Shown in pieces: positions 53,196-63,900 of a stretch of DNA of 64,000 nucleotides. How positions within the stretch are numbered: the first letter of the stretch is position 1; each line of letters starts with the position of its first letter. The position numbers and the translations under genes were made by a program. The notes under the pieces were generated by a model. It saw nothing but the letters and a program-made list of their open reading frames with translations. It was not told the DNA's origin and did no database searches. Source of the DNA: an uncultured Verrucomicrobiae bacterium (lineage in GTDB: Bacteria; Verrucomicrobiota; Verrucomicrobiia; Chthoniobacterales; JAATET01); NCBI GenBank assembly GCA_963832325.1, contig CAWHTR010000002.1:135821-199820 (forward strand), read 5' to 3'.

Positions 53196-55307
53196 CTAGG
53201 GGGTATCCGGTTGTTTGGGAGTTGGCAAGGGTCGAGCGGCGGAACGGGGTGGTTCGGAGGGCGGATCGCCGGCGCGGCGACGGTATTCCGCGGCTTTGGT
53301 GGGATCGGGATCGACGCCGATGCCTTGTTCGTAAGCTTCGGCCATGAGGCGTGCTCCGGCGGGGCTGCCGTCATTTTCGGCCATCGTGGCGTATTTGACA
53401 AACAGAGCTGGCTCGGCTTCGCGGTAGTGGGCGGCGAGGAGGAGTTGGGCGGACTCGGAATGGGCTTCGGCGGCGTGTTGAAGGGGGTCTTCGAGAGCGG
53501 CGAAGGCTTCGTCGGTGAGCGGTTGGGAGCCGATGGTGGCGGCGAGGGTTTCCATTTCGGCGGGGAGTTCCTCGTCGGTGCGGTCGCGCTCCCAAGCTTG
53601 GGCGAGAACGTCGAGGGCGATGCCGGGGAGGTTGGCGGCGGCGAGGGAGCGGGCGCGCTCGATGACGGGATTGGCGGGCGTGGCCGACGCAGAGGGCGTG
53701 GCCGAGGGTGCCGGCGTTGGGGAGATGAACGGGTTTGGTGTCGGGGTCGTGGGGATGGGGGGTGGAGTTGGGCGGGGTGTCGGGACTGGGGCGGGCGGCG
53801 TAGGTGGAGGGTTTTGGAGTGAATAGATGAGGTAGATGAGAGCCAGCCCGGCGACGCCGGTGATCGCTCCAAGCCAGGCGGGGACGCGGCGGCGGGGGGC
53901 GCGAGCGGCTCGAAGCCGGTCGATGCGGGGGGTGCTCGCTCCGGGAGGGGGAATGGTGACTTCGTGATCGGCGGGGGCGCTGACGACGCCGCAAGCGTCG
54001 CCGAGGGCGTCGCCGAGGTCGGCAACGAAAGCGACGGGCAACGGGTAGCCCTTGTTCGGATCGAGGGCCCGGCGGAGGACGCGGTTGGCGGCGGCGGGGA
54101 GGTCGGGAATTGGTTCGAACGTTTCGTTGCCGGGATGGCCGGCGAGGATCTCGTAGGCGATTGCGGCTAGGCTACGGGTGGGATCGTCGCTGGATTCACC
54201 GACTTCGAACTGGGGCTGGAGGGTGCCGGGCGGGAGTAGTTTGACACGATCTGCCGCGATGGGCGGAGGGGGTTGGCCCGCGCGGCGGAGGGCTTCGAGT
54301 CCTCCGGCGATGGAGGTGAGAATCGTCATCGCCACAGCGGCTGGAAGCGCGCCGTCGCGGGAGACGGTCGTCCGGATCGACGGGGCGGCGGTCCATTCGG
54401 TCGTGGGTGCGCGGAGGATCGAGGGGTGGCGGACGTCGCGGATGCCGGCGATGCAGGCGGCGACCCGCGAGCGAAGATCGGCGGGTGTCTGCGGCCGGAG
54501 CGCGGGGTCTTTTTCCAGCATGGTCCGGAGGAGATCGACGATGGCGGTCGGTTGATCTCCGAGGGGCGCGAGCGGGGCGGAGCGGTGGAGGTGCTGGCTC
54601 ATCACCTGGGCGACGGAACCGCTGAAGGGAGCCTTGCCGGCGAGGAGGTAGTAGAGCGTGACGCCGAGAGAGTAGATGTCGGAGCGGACATCGAGTTCGG
54701 CCTCTTCGAGTTGCTCGGGGCTGGCGAAATGAGGGGTGCCGAGGAAGCCGCCTTGCGTGATGGTCGCGGCGTCGAAGCCGGAGTCGCGGTCGGCGGCTTT
54801 CGCGAGTCCGAAGTCGATCACGCGGACGCGGATGTCGTCGGGATCATCCTCGTCATCGCGGGTGAGCATGAGATTCGAGGGCTTGATGTCGCGGTGGATG
54901 AGGCCGCGTTTGTGGGCGGCGGAGAGGGCGCGCGCGACCTGATCGACGATGTCGAGCGCGAGGAGAGGCGGGATTTTTTCCTCCCGGAGCATGAAGTCTT
55001 CGACCGTCTCGCCGTCGATGAATTCCATCGCGTAGAAGAAGGCGTCGTCGGATTGGCCGAGGTGATAGACGGTGGCGACGTTGGGGTGGCGGATGGCGGC
55101 GGCCGCGCGAGCTTCGCGGAGGAAGCGTTGGCGGGCGTTGTCGCTGGCGAGCGAATTGGCGTTGATGACCTTGAGCGCGACGTCGCAGCGAAGGTTGGTG
55201 TCGAAGGCTCGATAGGTGATCCCCATCGCGCCCCGCCCGAGTTCCCACAGCGAGCCATCCTTGCGCCGGTGCACTTCGTAGTGTTCAAAAAGAACCGATT
55301 CCGCCAT
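53196..55307 (-). CDS. Ser/Thr protein kinase with TM, Pro/Thr-rich linker and Sel1-like C-terminal repeats
   Basis: ATG at 55307 ([12 protein letters not shown]...). [23 protein letters not shown] and [32 protein letters not shown]. The C-terminus has [24 protein letters not shown]. Confidence 0.88.
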   Translation of the reverse strand: MAESVLFEHYEVHRRKDGSLWELGRGAMGITYRAFDTNLRCDVALKVINANSLASDNARQRFLREARAAAAIRHPNVATVYHLGQSDDAFFYAMEFIDGETVEDFMLREEKIPPLLALDIVDQVARALSAAHKRGLIHRDIKPSNLMLTRDDEDDPDDIRVRVIDFGLAKAADRDSGFDAATITQGGFLGTPHFASPEQLEEAELDVRSDIYSLGVTLYYLLAGKAPFSGSVAQVMSQHLHRSAPLAPLGDQPTAIVDLLRTMLEKDPALRPQTPADLRSRVAACIAGIRDVRHPSILRAPTTEWTAAPSIRTTVSRDGALPAAVAMTILTSIAGGLEALRRAGQPPPPIAADRVKLLPPGTLQPQFEVGESSDDPTRSLAAIAYEILAGHPGNETFEPIPDLPAAANRVLRRALDPNKGYPLPVAFVADLGDALGDACGVVSAPADHEVTIPPPGASTPRIDRLRAARAPRRRVPAWLGAITGVAGLALIYLIYSLQNPPPTPPAPVPTPRPTPPPIPTTPTPNPFISPTPAPSATPSASATPANPVIERARSLAAANLPGIALDVLAQAWERDRTDEELPAEMETLAATIGSQPLTDEAFAALEDPLQHAAEAHSESAQLLLAAHYREAEPALFVKYATMAENDGSPAGARLMAEAYEQGIGVDPDPTKAAEYRRRAGDPPSEPPRSAARPLPTPKQPDTP

Positions 55308-55382
55308 CCCGATCTTGATGCAATTAGCAGAGGCAAAGCGAAGCACCAAGCAAACTAGGCGGGGCGGAGGCCGCTTGATGTG

Positions 55383-56216
55383 ATGAAGGAGCGGGTCGGC
55401 ATCCCTTGGTATTTGTGGCTGAACGTCCTGAATATAGACGCGCCGCTGATTACCGTGGCGTGGCAGTGGCTCTTCGCGCGGACGGCGGATTATCAGTTGC
55501 GGCCAGCGGAATCGGTGGCCCTGTTTCTGGCGGTGTGGGTGATCTACGCGGGGGATCGGGTGTTGGACGGGTTTCGGTTGTCGGTGGGGCCGACGACGGC
55601 GGCGCGGCACCGGTTCGGTCAGCGGCACGCGGGGGCGCTGATGGTTGGGATCGGGGTGGCGGGGATGATCGAGGCGTGGTTGGTGGTCACGCACCTGCCG
55701 GTTCGGGTGGTGGCCGTGGGGGGAGGTCTGGCGGCGCTGGTGGCGGGGTATTTTTTCTGGAATCAGTTGGCGGGAAAGCGGTTTGGGCGGGGGTGGTTGA
55801 AGGAGATCGTGGTGAGTCTTGTCTTCGCGGGGGGGGCGGCGTTGGTGCCGCTGGTGAACGCATTTTCGTGGACGGTGCTTTGGGAGGCGGTCGGCTTTGC
55901 GGTGGTGTGTTTTGCGAATTGTCTGCTGATTGCGCGGCTGGAGCGGGAGCGGGACGTGGCGCGGGGGGAAACGTCGATCGCGGTGCGGTTTGGCGAGGCG
56001 GCGCGGCCTTCGCTGGTGGTGGCGGGTGCGGTGGTGGGGGTGATGCTGCCCGTTCTCGTGGTGGGAGGCTTTACGGCCACGGGTGGGTCGCTGTTGATTT
56101 CGGCGGGGTTACTCGCGGCGGCGCCGTGGGTCGAGGGACGGCTGGGAGCGGACGGGACTTGCGCCTGGGCGGATCTGGCTCTGCTGACGCCGCTGGTGGC
56201 GGCACCGTTTGCGTGA
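55383..56216 (+). CDS. UbiA-superfamily-like polytopic membrane protein (tentative prenyltransferase)
   Basis: ~277 aa and TM-rich. IYAGDRVLDG resembles the first Asp-rich motif. ERERDVARGETSIAVRFG resembles the second UbiA motif (D-x3-D-x3-G-x2-S-x-A-x2-F-G). A GTG at 55380 is an alternative start. Confidence 0.5.
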   Translation: MKERVGIPWYLWLNVLNIDAPLITVAWQWLFARTADYQLRPAESVALFLAVWVIYAGDRVLDGFRLSVGPTTAARHRFGQRHAGALMVGIGVAGMIEAWLVVTHLPVRVVAVGGGLAALVAGYFFWNQLAGKRFGRGWLKEIVVSLVFAGGAALVPLVNAFSWTVLWEAVGFAVVCFANCLLIARLERERDVARGETSIAVRFGEAARPSLVVAGAVVGVMLPVLVVGGFTATGGSLLISAGLLAAAPWVEGRLGADGTCAWADLALLTPLVAAPFA

Positions 56217-56223
56217 GGGCCGG

Positions 56224-56526
56224 TCAGGCGAGGCGGCGGAGGTAGGCGTAGGAGTAGATGCCGGTGCGGTGGCCGTCGCCCCACCTGGGCTGGAGGCCGT
56301 AGCCGCCGACGAAGTCCCAGCCCGCCAGGTCGAAGCTGGTGGGTGAATATTCGACATCGGGCCGGATGACGCGACCGAGGACATCGGGTTCGCCGCCGCA
56401 AGCTGCGCAGGGGCAGGCTCGGCGGAGGCGTTCGAGGGCGAAATACGTTTCCGCCCCGTCGGTCCAGGCGATGGCGAGTTCGTCGCCGATGCGATTGACG
56501 ACGGTGGGTTGGAGTGTTGCTGGCAT
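56224..56526 (-). CDS. DUF971-family protein
   Basis: 100 aa from ATG 56526. LAIAWTDGAETYFALERLRRACPCAAC ... YGLQPRWGDGHRTGIYSYAYLRRL matches the DUF971 (gamma-BBH N-terminal-like) pattern. Confidence 0.65.
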   Translation of the reverse strand: MPATLQPTVVNRIGDELAIAWTDGAETYFALERLRRACPCAACGGEPDVLGRVIRPDVEYSPTSFDLAGWDFVGGYGLQPRWGDGHRTGIYSYAYLRRLA

Positions 56527-56592
56527 GGCGGGGAAGAATAGCGGCGAGGGGAGGTGGACAACAAGGCGGGTTGCGCGGATTCTGGTGGTGCC

Positions 56593-58974
56593 ATGATGAA
56601 TCCGCCTGAATTGCTCGCGCCCGCCGGGGACTGGGACTGCGTGCGTGCGGCGGTGGCGAACGGGGCGGACGCGGTGTTTTTTGGGATGCCGACGTTTAAC
56701 GCGCGGATGCGGGCGGAGAATTTCGACGATCTTCCGGCGGTGGTGACATTTCTGCACAACCACGGGGTGAAGGCTTACGTGACCTTTAACGTGCTGGTTT
56801 TCACGGACGAGGTGGCGGCGGCGGCGGATCAGCTCCGGTCGCTCGAGGACGCCGGGGTGGATGCGGTGATCATTCAGGACGTCGGATTGGCCGACCTGGC
56901 ACGGAAGATCACGCCGCGGCTGCGGGTGCACGCGTCGACGCAGATGACGATCACATCGCCGGAGGGCGTGGCGTTTGCGCGGGAGCTGGGGGTGCGGCAG
57001 ATCGTGTTGGCGCGGGAGTTGTCGTTGCGGGAGTTCAGGAAATTTGACGCGACGGCGGTGCCCTTGGAGGTGTTTGTCCACGGGGCGCTGTGCGTGGCGT
57101 ATTCGGGCCAGTGTCTCACGAGCGAGTCGTTGGGTCAGCGGAGCGCGAATCGGGGTGAGTGCGCTCAGGCGTGCCGGATGCCGTATGAGTTGGTCGTCGA
57201 CGGGGCGACTCGTGATCTGGGCGACCGGCGGTATTTGCTTTCCCCGCAGGATTTGGCGGCGGTGGCGGAAATCCCGAACCTGGTCGCGCTGGGGATCCGG
57301 AGTTTCAAGATCGAGGGCCGTCTGAAGACCCCGGAATACGTTGCTGCGGTGACGAGTGTCTACCGGAAGGCGCTCGACGCGGCGATCGACGCCCGGTCGC
57401 ACGAGGTGACCGCGGGAGACTGGTATCGGCTGGAGATGACGTTTTCGCGCGGGTTGTTTTCCGGCTGGATGCACGGGGTGAATCATCAGCGGTTGGTGCC
57501 GGCGCGGTTCGGGAAGAAGCGGGGGCCGTTTGCCGGGCGGGTGACGAAAGTCGGGCGGTCGTGGGTCGAGGCCGACGGAGAACTCCCGCTGAGCGTGGGT
57601 GACGGGATCGTCTTCGACACCGGTGGGAATACCGACAAGGAGAGCGGCGGGCGAATCGTGCGGGTGACGGGGCGGCGGATGGAGTTCGATCCGAGCCGGA
57701 CGGACCTTGCGGGTGTCTCGATCGGGGACCGGGTCTGGAAAACGGATGACCCGGAGCTGGGTCGGGAATTGCGGGCGAGCTTCGCGGGCCACCTGCCGTC
57801 GCGGCGGAAGCCGACGGTGGACTTCCGAGTGAGCGGGCGGGTCGGCGAGCCGCTGCGAATCTCGGTCGGCGAGGTAACGGTCGAGTCGTCGCGGGTGTTG
57901 GAAGCGGCGCGGAATCAGCCGCTAACGACCGAGCGGCTGGCGGCACAGCTGGGGAAATTGGACGAAACGCCGTTCGCACTCGGGGCGATCGAAAACGAAA
58001 TCGAGGGTGCGGTCATCGTGCCGATCAGCGAGCTGAACCGATTGCGCCGGGAGCTGGTGTATCGCCTGACCGACAGGCAACCGGGAGCGCGGATCGAGAT
58101 CCCGGAAGCGCTCGGGTCCGAGGATTCCCGAAAGGGGGACGGCGCTGCCTCCTTGTCGGTTCTCTGCCGGACGATGGAGCAACTCGAAGCGGCGTCCGCC
58201 GCCGACCTGGTGCTCGTCGATTTCGAGGACATTCGGCGTTACCGGGACGCGGTCGCATTCGTGCGGGATTCCGGGTCATCGGCTCCGATTTTTCTCGCGA
58301 CGCCGCGGATTCAGAAGGCAGGCGAACAGGGATTTTTCAAGGTGATCGAAAACGCCGAGCCGGACGGAGTGCTCATCCGGAACGTGGGCGCGATCGAGTA
58401 TTTTCGCCGGAGTCCGCTCCGTCGAATCGGCGATTTCTCGCTGAACGTTGCCAACCCGCTGACGGCCCGCGTTTTCAAGGACCACGGACTCGAGCGTCTC
58501 ACGATCTCCTACGATCTGACGATTGGCCAGGTGTTGGCGCTGCTTGGGGCGGCGGACCCGGATTGGTTCGAGCTGACGATCCACCAGCACATGCCGATGT
58601 TTCACATGGAGCACTGCGTCTTCGCGGCGTTTCTGTCGGAAGGAACGGATCACACGAATTGCGGACGGCCTTGCGATGTCCACCGGGTTCACCTCCGCGA
58701 TCGGGTCGGCGTCGAGCACCCGTTGCGGGCGGATGTCGGGTGCCGGAACACGCTCTTCAACGCGAAGGCACAGACCGGGGCTAAATTTTTCCAACCGCTG
58801 ATGGCGGCGGGACTACGGAACTTCCGCGTCGAACTGCTGGAGGAAAGCGCCGACGAGGCTCGGAGAATTATCGAGACCTACCGGGCGCTTTTGGACGGTC
58901 GGACGACCGGCGAAGACCTTTGGAGGCACCTTCGGGCGCAGCCTCAGCTTGGCGTGACCCAGGGGACGTATTGA
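56593..58974 (+). CDS. U32-family protein (peptidase U32 / prephenate-dependent hydroxylase family) with a long C-terminal extension
   Basis: ATG at 56593 (MMNPPELLAPAGDWDCVRAAVANGADAVFFG...). GALCVAYSGQCLTS and NRGECAQACR are Cys-rich U32 core motifs. About 790 aa. Confidence 0.8.
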   Translation: MMNPPELLAPAGDWDCVRAAVANGADAVFFGMPTFNARMRAENFDDLPAVVTFLHNHGVKAYVTFNVLVFTDEVAAAADQLRSLEDAGVDAVIIQDVGLADLARKITPRLRVHASTQMTITSPEGVAFARELGVRQIVLARELSLREFRKFDATAVPLEVFVHGALCVAYSGQCLTSESLGQRSANRGECAQACRMPYELVVDGATRDLGDRRYLLSPQDLAAVAEIPNLVALGIRSFKIEGRLKTPEYVAAVTSVYRKALDAAIDARSHEVTAGDWYRLEMTFSRGLFSGWMHGVNHQRLVPARFGKKRGPFAGRVTKVGRSWVEADGELPLSVGDGIVFDTGGNTDKESGGRIVRVTGRRMEFDPSRTDLAGVSIGDRVWKTDDPELGRELRASFAGHLPSRRKPTVDFRVSGRVGEPLRISVGEVTVESSRVLEAARNQPLTTERLAAQLGKLDETPFALGAIENEIEGAVIVPISELNRLRRELVYRLTDRQPGARIEIPEALGSEDSRKGDGAASLSVLCRTMEQLEAASAADLVLVDFEDIRRYRDAVAFVRDSGSSAPIFLATPRIQKAGEQGFFKVIENAEPDGVLIRNVGAIEYFRRSPLRRIGDFSLNVANPLTARVFKDHGLERLTISYDLTIGQVLALLGAADPDWFELTIHQHMPMFHMEHCVFAAFLSEGTDHTNCGRPCDVHRVHLRDRVGVEHPLRADVGCRNTLFNAKAQTGAKFFQPLMAAGLRNFRVELLEESADEARRIIETYRALLDGRTTGEDLWRHLRAQPQLGVTQGTY

Positions 58975-59019
58975 ATGGATTTACCCGCGAGTATTTTCGT
59001 TCTCTAGCGCGTCGCCTCC

Positions 59020-59958
59020 ATGCAAATCGTCGAAACGCTCGCGCCCATTCTACTGTTGCTCCTCCTTGGGGCGGCGTTGGCGCGGGGGCGCTTCCTGGGG
59101 CGGGAGTTCATGGTCGACCTCAATCGGCTCGTGTTTTACCTGGCGCTTCCGAGTCTCATCTTCATGAGCATCGCCACGGCGGACGAGCCGGCGGACGACA
59201 CGGTTGTGCTGATCGGAGCGCTGACGGTGACGACGTTTCTGGTCGCGTTGGTGGGCTGGGCGGTGGCGGTCTGGGTGCTGCGACTGCCGGGGGTGGTGAT
59301 CGGAACTTTTGTGCAAGGTGCCTTTCGCGGGAACCTGTTGTTCGTGGGGTTACCGATTCTGACTTACGCGCTGGCGGATTTGGCGGACCCGGAACGGGAG
59401 CGGGCGATGGCGACAATCTTTCTGGCGATCACGCCGATCATGGCGCTCTACAACGTGCTGGCGGTGGTGGCGTTGCAGGCGAGCCATCATCGCCTCGGGC
59501 GGTCCAGCGTGGTGCTGATGGTCGTGTCGATGGCGAAGAATCCGTTGATCATCGCGTGCTTGGTGGGGTTGGTTTTCATGGCCGCGGCGTGGCCGGTGCC
59601 GGTATTTATCGGGCGGTCGCTGCAGGCGTTGGGTGGAGCGGCGGTGCCGGTGGCCTTGCTGTGCATCGGCGGGTCTTTGCAGTCGCTCCAGCTGATTGGG
59701 AATCGGCGGGCGATCATTGGGTCGGCGGTGATCAAGGTCTTTGCCGGCCCCGTGATCGCTTACGCGCTGGGGATTTGGTTGGGAATTGTGGGCGTGGAAA
59801 TGCGGATCCTTCTCGTGCTCGCAGCGTGTCCCACGGCGGCGGCGGCATTCATCATGGCCAAACAGATGCGCGGAGACGAATCGCTCGCGGCGGGGTCGAT
59901 CGCGTTGAGCACGGTGCTTTCCGTCGTCTCGCTGGCGTTGGCGTTGGCGTTGAGCTGA
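59020..59958 (+). CDS. AEC (auxin efflux carrier) family transporter
   Basis: 312 aa with about 10 TM helices. N-terminal ILLLLLLGAALARGRFLGREF...LVFYLALPSLIF is typical of the family. Confidence 0.8.
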   Translation: MQIVETLAPILLLLLLGAALARGRFLGREFMVDLNRLVFYLALPSLIFMSIATADEPADDTVVLIGALTVTTFLVALVGWAVAVWVLRLPGVVIGTFVQGAFRGNLLFVGLPILTYALADLADPERERAMATIFLAITPIMALYNVLAVVALQASHHRLGRSSVVLMVVSMAKNPLIIACLVGLVFMAAAWPVPVFIGRSLQALGGAAVPVALLCIGGSLQSLQLIGNRRAIIGSAVIKVFAGPVIAYALGIWLGIVGVEMRILLVLAACPTAAAAFIMAKQMRGDESLAAGSIALSTVLSVVSLALALALS

Positions 59959-59961
59959 GCG

Positions 59962-60843
59962 TCAGAACTCGCGGGCGAGGAGGTGGTCGGCGATCGCGCG
60001 GAGCGGGGCGGCCTTTTTTCCGAAAATTTCCAGCGATCGGTGGGCGGCGCGGGTGAGACGGTGGGCCTCCTTGCGGGAGGCGTCCAGGCCGATGACCGAT
60101 GGATACGTCGTCTTGCCCGACGCGAGATCCTTGCCGGCGCTCTTGCCGAGGCGCTCACTGGTCTGGGTGACGTCGAGGATGTCGTCGATTACCTGGAAGG
60201 CGAGGCCGAGGCTTTTCCCGAAGGTCGTGAGGGCGGCGAGCTTGGCCGGGGTGGCGTTGGCAGACATCGCGCCGAGGCGCAGGCTGACCTCGATCATCGC
60301 GGCAGTTTTGCGTTCGTGGATGAAACGGAGGTCGGCTTTGGTCGAATCCTGGCCCTCGCCCTCGAGGTCGGCGACTTGTCCCGCGATGAGCTGACGACTG
60401 CCGGCGGCGACGGTGAGTTCGCGAAATTGATCGGCGGTCGAATAGCGCGGCGTGGGAGTGGTGTGGGTGAGGATCTCGAAGGCGACGGTGAGCAGAGCAT
60501 CGCCTGCGAGGACGGCGAGGCCATCGCCGTAAACCTTGTGGGCGGTCGGGCGGCCACGGCGGAAGTCGTCGTCATCCATGCAGGGGAGGTCGTCGTGGAC
60601 GAGCGAGTAGGTGTGGACGCACTCGACGGCGCAGGCCGCGGGGAGGGCGGGATCGATCCCGCCGTTGCAGGCCTCGGCGGCGGCCAGTGTGAGGATGGGG
60701 CGGAGGCGCTTGCCGCCGGCGAAGAGGCTGTAGCGCATGGCTTCGTGGATGGTGGCCGGCTTGGTCCGGGCGGCGGGGAGATAGCCATCCAGCGCGGTGT
60801 CGACGCGCTGGATTCGGTCGCGCAGGTAGGACTCCATTTCCAT
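59962..60843 (-). CDS. ispA: polyprenyl (farnesyl/geranylgeranyl) diphosphate synthase
   Basis: 293 aa. First Asp-rich motif LVHDDLPCMDDDDFRRGRPT and second motif FQVIDDILD. Confidence 0.88.
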   Translation of the reverse strand: MEMESYLRDRIQRVDTALDGYLPAARTKPATIHEAMRYSLFAGGKRLRPILTLAAAEACNGGIDPALPAACAVECVHTYSLVHDDLPCMDDDDFRRGRPTAHKVYGDGLAVLAGDALLTVAFEILTHTTPTPRYSTADQFRELTVAAGSRQLIAGQVADLEGEGQDSTKADLRFIHERKTAAMIEVSLRLGAMSANATPAKLAALTTFGKSLGLAFQVIDDILDVTQTSERLGKSAGKDLASGKTTYPSVIGLDASRKEAHRLTRAAHRSLEIFGKKAAPLRAIADHLLAREF

Positions 60844-60970
60844 GGGGCGGGGAGGATTGCAGGGTCGGTGCGGTTCGGCGAGCAGGAAGCGAGGGGTGCC
60901 GGTCTTTCGAGAATCGCCCGGGGTGGCCGGGTGCGAGGCGGGACTCCCGGGCTGCGGTGCGGGTTAGAGG

Positions 60971-63900
60971 TCACTCGGCGAGGAGATAGCGGAGGGCATC
61001 GACGTCGAGGACTTTGGCGAGGGATTCTTCGAGGACGATGGCGTTGGCAACGTCGGCTTTGGCCGTCTGGAGAGCGCGGATTTTTTCTTCGATGGTGTCT
61101 CGGGCGATGAGGCGGTAGGCGATGACGGTCTTGTTCTGCCCGATGCGGTGGGTGCGGTCGATGGCCTGGGCCTCGACGGCGGGGTTCCACCACGGGTCGA
61201 AGAGAATGACGTAGCTGGCGGCGGTGAGGTTGAGGCCCGCTCCGGCGGCTTTGAGCGAAAGGAGAAAAACGGGGGGCGAGTCGGGCGATTGAAATTTGTC
61301 GACGAGGGCTTGGCGGTCGTTCGTTTTGCCGGTGAGCTGGAGGTGCTCGATGCCGTGGGCGGTGAGCGCTTCGCCGATGTAGCCGAGCATTTCGACGAAC
61401 TGTGAGAAGACGAGGACTTTGTGACCTTCGCTGAGGATGGGTTCGATCTGCTCAAGGAGTTGCTCGATCTTGGCGCCCGGTTTGGCTCTGGCGTTGCCGG
61501 AGGCCCCGAGGCGCGGGTCGCAGCAAATTTGGCGAAGGCGGAGGAGAGATTGCAGGACATTGAAGCGGGACTTGTCGAGGTCCGCTTTGGTCTCGATGCC
61601 GAGGGCGAGCTGGCGGGCGCGCTTGAGTTCGGCCCGGTAGAGGGCGGCTTGCGGGCCGTCGAGTTCGACTTGGAGGTCTTCTTCGATACGGGCGGGAAGT
61701 TCCGGGGCGACTTGGGCCTTGGTGCGGCGAAGCATGAAGTGGCGAACGCGGGCCTGGAGGCGGACAAGTGGCTCGGCGGCGTGGGGGGCTTCGTAGATGC
61801 GTTTGAAGGAAGCCTGGCTTCCGAGGAGTCCGGGCTGGACGAAATGGAAGAGACTCCAGAGGTCGAGGGGGCGGTTCTCGACGGGGGTGCCGGTGAGGAT
61901 GATGCGGTGCTGGGCGGTGAGGGAGCAGGCGGTGCGGGTGGTGGCGGCGGTGGGAGTCTTGATATTCTGCCCTTCGTCGAGGATGACGGCGTCCCAGGTC
62001 TGGGCGGTGAACCAGCTGGCGTTGAGGCGGAGTTGGGCGTAGTTCGCGACGGTGAGGCCGGGGAGGGCTTCGGTCGCGGTGGCGGCGGGAATGAACGGCT
62101 GCCCGGGCAGGGTGGGAGCGAAGCGTTCGCGCTCGGTGGCCCAATTGAAAACGACGGATTTTGGACAGATGACGAGGGAGCGGAAGGTGGCGGGATTTTC
62201 CTTGCGTGAGCGGAGCCAGAGGAGCCAGGCGAGGCCTTGGACGGTTTTGCCGAGGCCCATGTCGTCGGCGAGGATGCCGCCGAAGCCGTTGGTGGCGAGG
62301 AACGCGAGGAAGGCGAAACCTTCGCGCTGATAGGGGCGGAGTTCGGCCCGGAGATCGGGTGGGACGGGGGGCGGTGGGACGGCCGTGATGGCGTCGGCGC
62401 GGGCGCGGAGGCGGGCGGCGGTCCGCTCGTCGAGCAGGTGGTCGATTGGCTGGGCTGCGAGCTGGATGGTGTGACAGGTGAGGGTCTCGCCGTTCAGGGC
62501 GTCGGGAGTGGCGAGGCCGAGGCGTCGGACGGTCTCTTCGAGCGCGGGATCGCTGGTGATCTCGGCGCGGATCCAACGTCCGGATTTGAGCTGGACGAGC
62601 TTGCCGCCGGAGCGGGCGAGTTCGCGAAGTTCGGCAGGGGTGAGTTCGAGTTCGCTGGCGGAGAGGGTGACGCGGAGGTCGAACCAATCGGGCGAATTCG
62701 GTTTTTCCTCGATCTGAAAGTCGAACGAGACGCGGGTGACGGGTGCGAAAAAGGGAGCCAGCTCGGGGGAGGCGCGGATGTCGAGCCCGGGCGGCAGGGT
62801 CTCGGCCCATTCGCGCAGGACGTGGGTCATTTTCTTCGAAAATTGGCGGCCCCAGCAATTTTCGCCGTGGAAAAATCCGAGGCCGAGTCCGGCGAGGAGG
62901 GCAACGGCGGGGTCGGCGTCCGTCGTGTGATAGTCGAGCACGGTGCCGTCGGCGTCGGTGGCGGGTAGGGTTTTTCCGTCGGGCCGCCAGCCGCTGCCGC
63001 CGCACCAACTGAGGCCCCGGTCGTCGACGATGGCGAGGAGTCTGACCAGAAGATTCTGATAGGACGGGTTTCCCTCCAATTCAATCTCGAAGCGGGGTTG
63101 CAGGGCGACGCGGCGGACGCGGGGCGTGAGGTCGGCGGGCAGCAGGGCTCCGGCGGCGAGGAAGGCGGCGGCGGCGCGGGGCTGGCGGCTGAGAACCTCG
63201 CGGGGCATTGTGACCGTCTGGTAGGACGTGTCGCGGTCGATGGGCGGTGGAAGGGGATGGAATCCGTCGACGGCGAGGAGGCCGGGGGGTGTGCCGGGGA
63301 GGATGACGCCGCCCTGGGCGGAGGTGCCGTCCGGGGCGACGAGGCGGGCGGCGAGGTGGGTCCCGGGTTGGGCTTCGCTGGGGGCGAAGTGCCAGCGGAG
63401 GGCTTCGGCGTGGATGGGCACGGGGAGGCCGTCGGCGGTCACGACGGCTTCGCGCGTGAGGGGATGGGCGAGGGCGGCGGCGAGGAAGGCGGCGTCCTCG
63501 CCGCGTTCGATCTTGAGCGCGTAGTTGGAGCGGTAGAAGGCGTAGGCCCGGCCGGAGAGGCGAATGGCGAGTTCGAGCAGGGTGGATGTGGCGGCGTCGC
63601 GCTCGAGGAAGGTGCGGGACGAGCGGTCGTCGGCGATGGCTTTGACTTCCGGGGAGGTGACCTGCCGCCAATGGACGCCATCGGCGCTGGCGTCGAAGCG
63701 GACGTGCGGGAGGTCGAGCCGCAGGCGCAGGCGCACGGCGGACGGAACCCGGGTGGGGCTGATCGGGGGCACGGAGCGGGCGAGTTTTTGCTCCCACTCG
63801 TGGACGGATTGCTCGTGGCGAAGGCGCTGGGCGGCGGCTTCGTCGACGGGGGGACTGGGCGGAGCGGCGTCGGTGGATTCACCGAGGGCGGCCATCGCGA

